Of a DNA stretch of 64,000 bases, positions 62,511 to 64,000 are shown piece after piece. How positions within the stretch are numbered: position 1 is the stretch's first letter; each line of letters begins with the position of its first letter. The position numbers and the translations under genes are program-made. This DNA comes from Lama glama (taxonomy: Eukaryota), in the NCBI GenBank assembly GCA_028534125.1, contig CM052816.1:27778001-27842000 (forward strand), read 5' to 3'. A model generated the notes under the pieces. It had not been told where the DNA came from. It was given only the letters and a program-made list of their open reading frames with translations, and ran no database searches.

Positions 62511-64000
62511 ATAATGTATACATATGGCTCCCTAAAAAAAAAAGCTGTAAAGTACAGATCCAGGGAGGAAAAACAATACAGCAATACAGTAATGTTTTAA
62601 GGGTACATAGTTCAGATAGTTGTAGATTTGTTCACATTCCAAATTCTTTCATTATCACTTTCATTTCTCCCAATAAGAGGATAATTGAATAAACAAGTCT
62701 CCACCTCTTGCAAAGAGAAAAGTAATGCTTAAAGTGTAGAATTTCCTGGCTTCTTTGTTTTTAACCTATGACACTGCTCTTCCCCACTGGAAAGAGAAAA
62801 CTGATGTTTCTCTGCTATACATATTTATGATTTAAGACAGGATTAAAAATTATCATTCTGACATGACTATTTTATGCTTTGTATTCTTGACTGCAATTCA
62901 TGAATGGGGAATATGGCCCCCAAGTTACTCTAGGTGACATTGAGAACTTATTGTTTTGATTTTTAGTTAATCTAAGACAAGTATGCCAACTAGGCAATTT
63001 TAAAAGTCATGTTAGTATAAAACTTTAAAAGTTTACTTCTAGTTAATTTTAGCAAAGTTCTATTACAAAATTTGGATTTTTAGATTAGCTTAGACTCTTA
63101 GATAAGAGTCTCAATAATTTAGAGGTTGTCACTAAGGAAGGAGAAGTAAGCATTTGCAGAGTAACGCCAGTTATATTGGGCAGAGTAATATCAATCAGGA
63201 GATATGAAATTACTGTTAGAGAACATAATTTTGAGCAGGATTCATAAAAAGACACCTTGCTGACTTCTTAACATTCCATTGATTTAATGTTAGGACGTAA
63301 AACAGGGAATATTTCAGATCTAAAATTTTGATATTCGAATCTCATTTCCACTTTTGACCTTACAGAAACTTTGCCAATACATTGGTTGAAAGCTTGCAAT
63401 TTTTTTTTTAAAGAACTCTATCAAGTTCAAAGAGATGAAATGTAAAGCATTTTTTAAAAGATGACTTTGCTGAGAGAGAAGGCAGGGTCAGAGTTACCTC
63501 ATTTTGGAACATGTGCTGACAGGGCTGAGTTGTTTGCTAATCTGGAAGTCTTTTATATAAAAGTTTGTCAGTATTCCACTGCCAGGTTTAAGTTGAATGC
63601 ATTGGGTTTTTGTAACAATCACTTTTTAATTAAGGCGCTAAAGAAAATTTGGCACTCATAGTTCATGTAGGCATTTAATTAATTTGACATTTTTAAGTGA
63701 AAAGAGATGAAGATGACTAGTATGTAATTCTTTAAAAGAATGGCTCTTGGTTATGTTATCAAATTCAAAATAAATATAAAAAGCCCCCCAACTGTTTATT
63801 CTAACTCTTGGTTATGAGCCACAACTGTAAGATAAATGACAAGTAATTTGTCTAAGGAAACTTACTAAATAAAAAGTTAAAGGAGAATGGTTTTCAAAAG
63901 CCAGACTGTGGATTCCTCTCAAAAACTGCACTTAACCATTGGCTTGAGGTTTAACTGCAAAAACCAGAAATGTAGGTCAGGCAGAAAAGCTGGGATTCTG

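Noticed and set aside
1..64000. CRISPR arrays, operons, rRNA or true tRNA genes
   Set aside because: Mammalian DNA with no spaced repeat array seen; the only tRNA-like sequence is a SINE.

Overview
AT-rich mammalian genomic DNA, most likely from a camelid (camel/alpaca/llama). The evidence is a Vic-1-type tRNA-derived SINE, camelid-style LINE-1 3' UTRs and a young MER41-like solo LTR. I could not confidently recognise a protein-coding gene or RNA gene. The window looks intronic or intergenic, and roughly half is recognisable transposon debris: an internally deleted ERV-L-class provirus, L1, L2, MIR, MaLR/ERV LTRs, and Tigger and hAT DNA elements. Most ORF-track entries are chance or TE-derived ORFs. 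Repeat family names are recalled from consensus sequences, not from a database search, and boundaries of old elements are approximate. The best leads are: a multiply nested and rearranged L1 complex (58.6-62.5 kb); a gag-pol deletion junction in the ERV-L remnant; a dense nuclear-receptor/Sox/Oct motif cluster near 56.8 kb; and a speculative minus-strand transcript from the young LTR into a 97-codon exon-like segment. I found no evidence for a genuinely new biological system.
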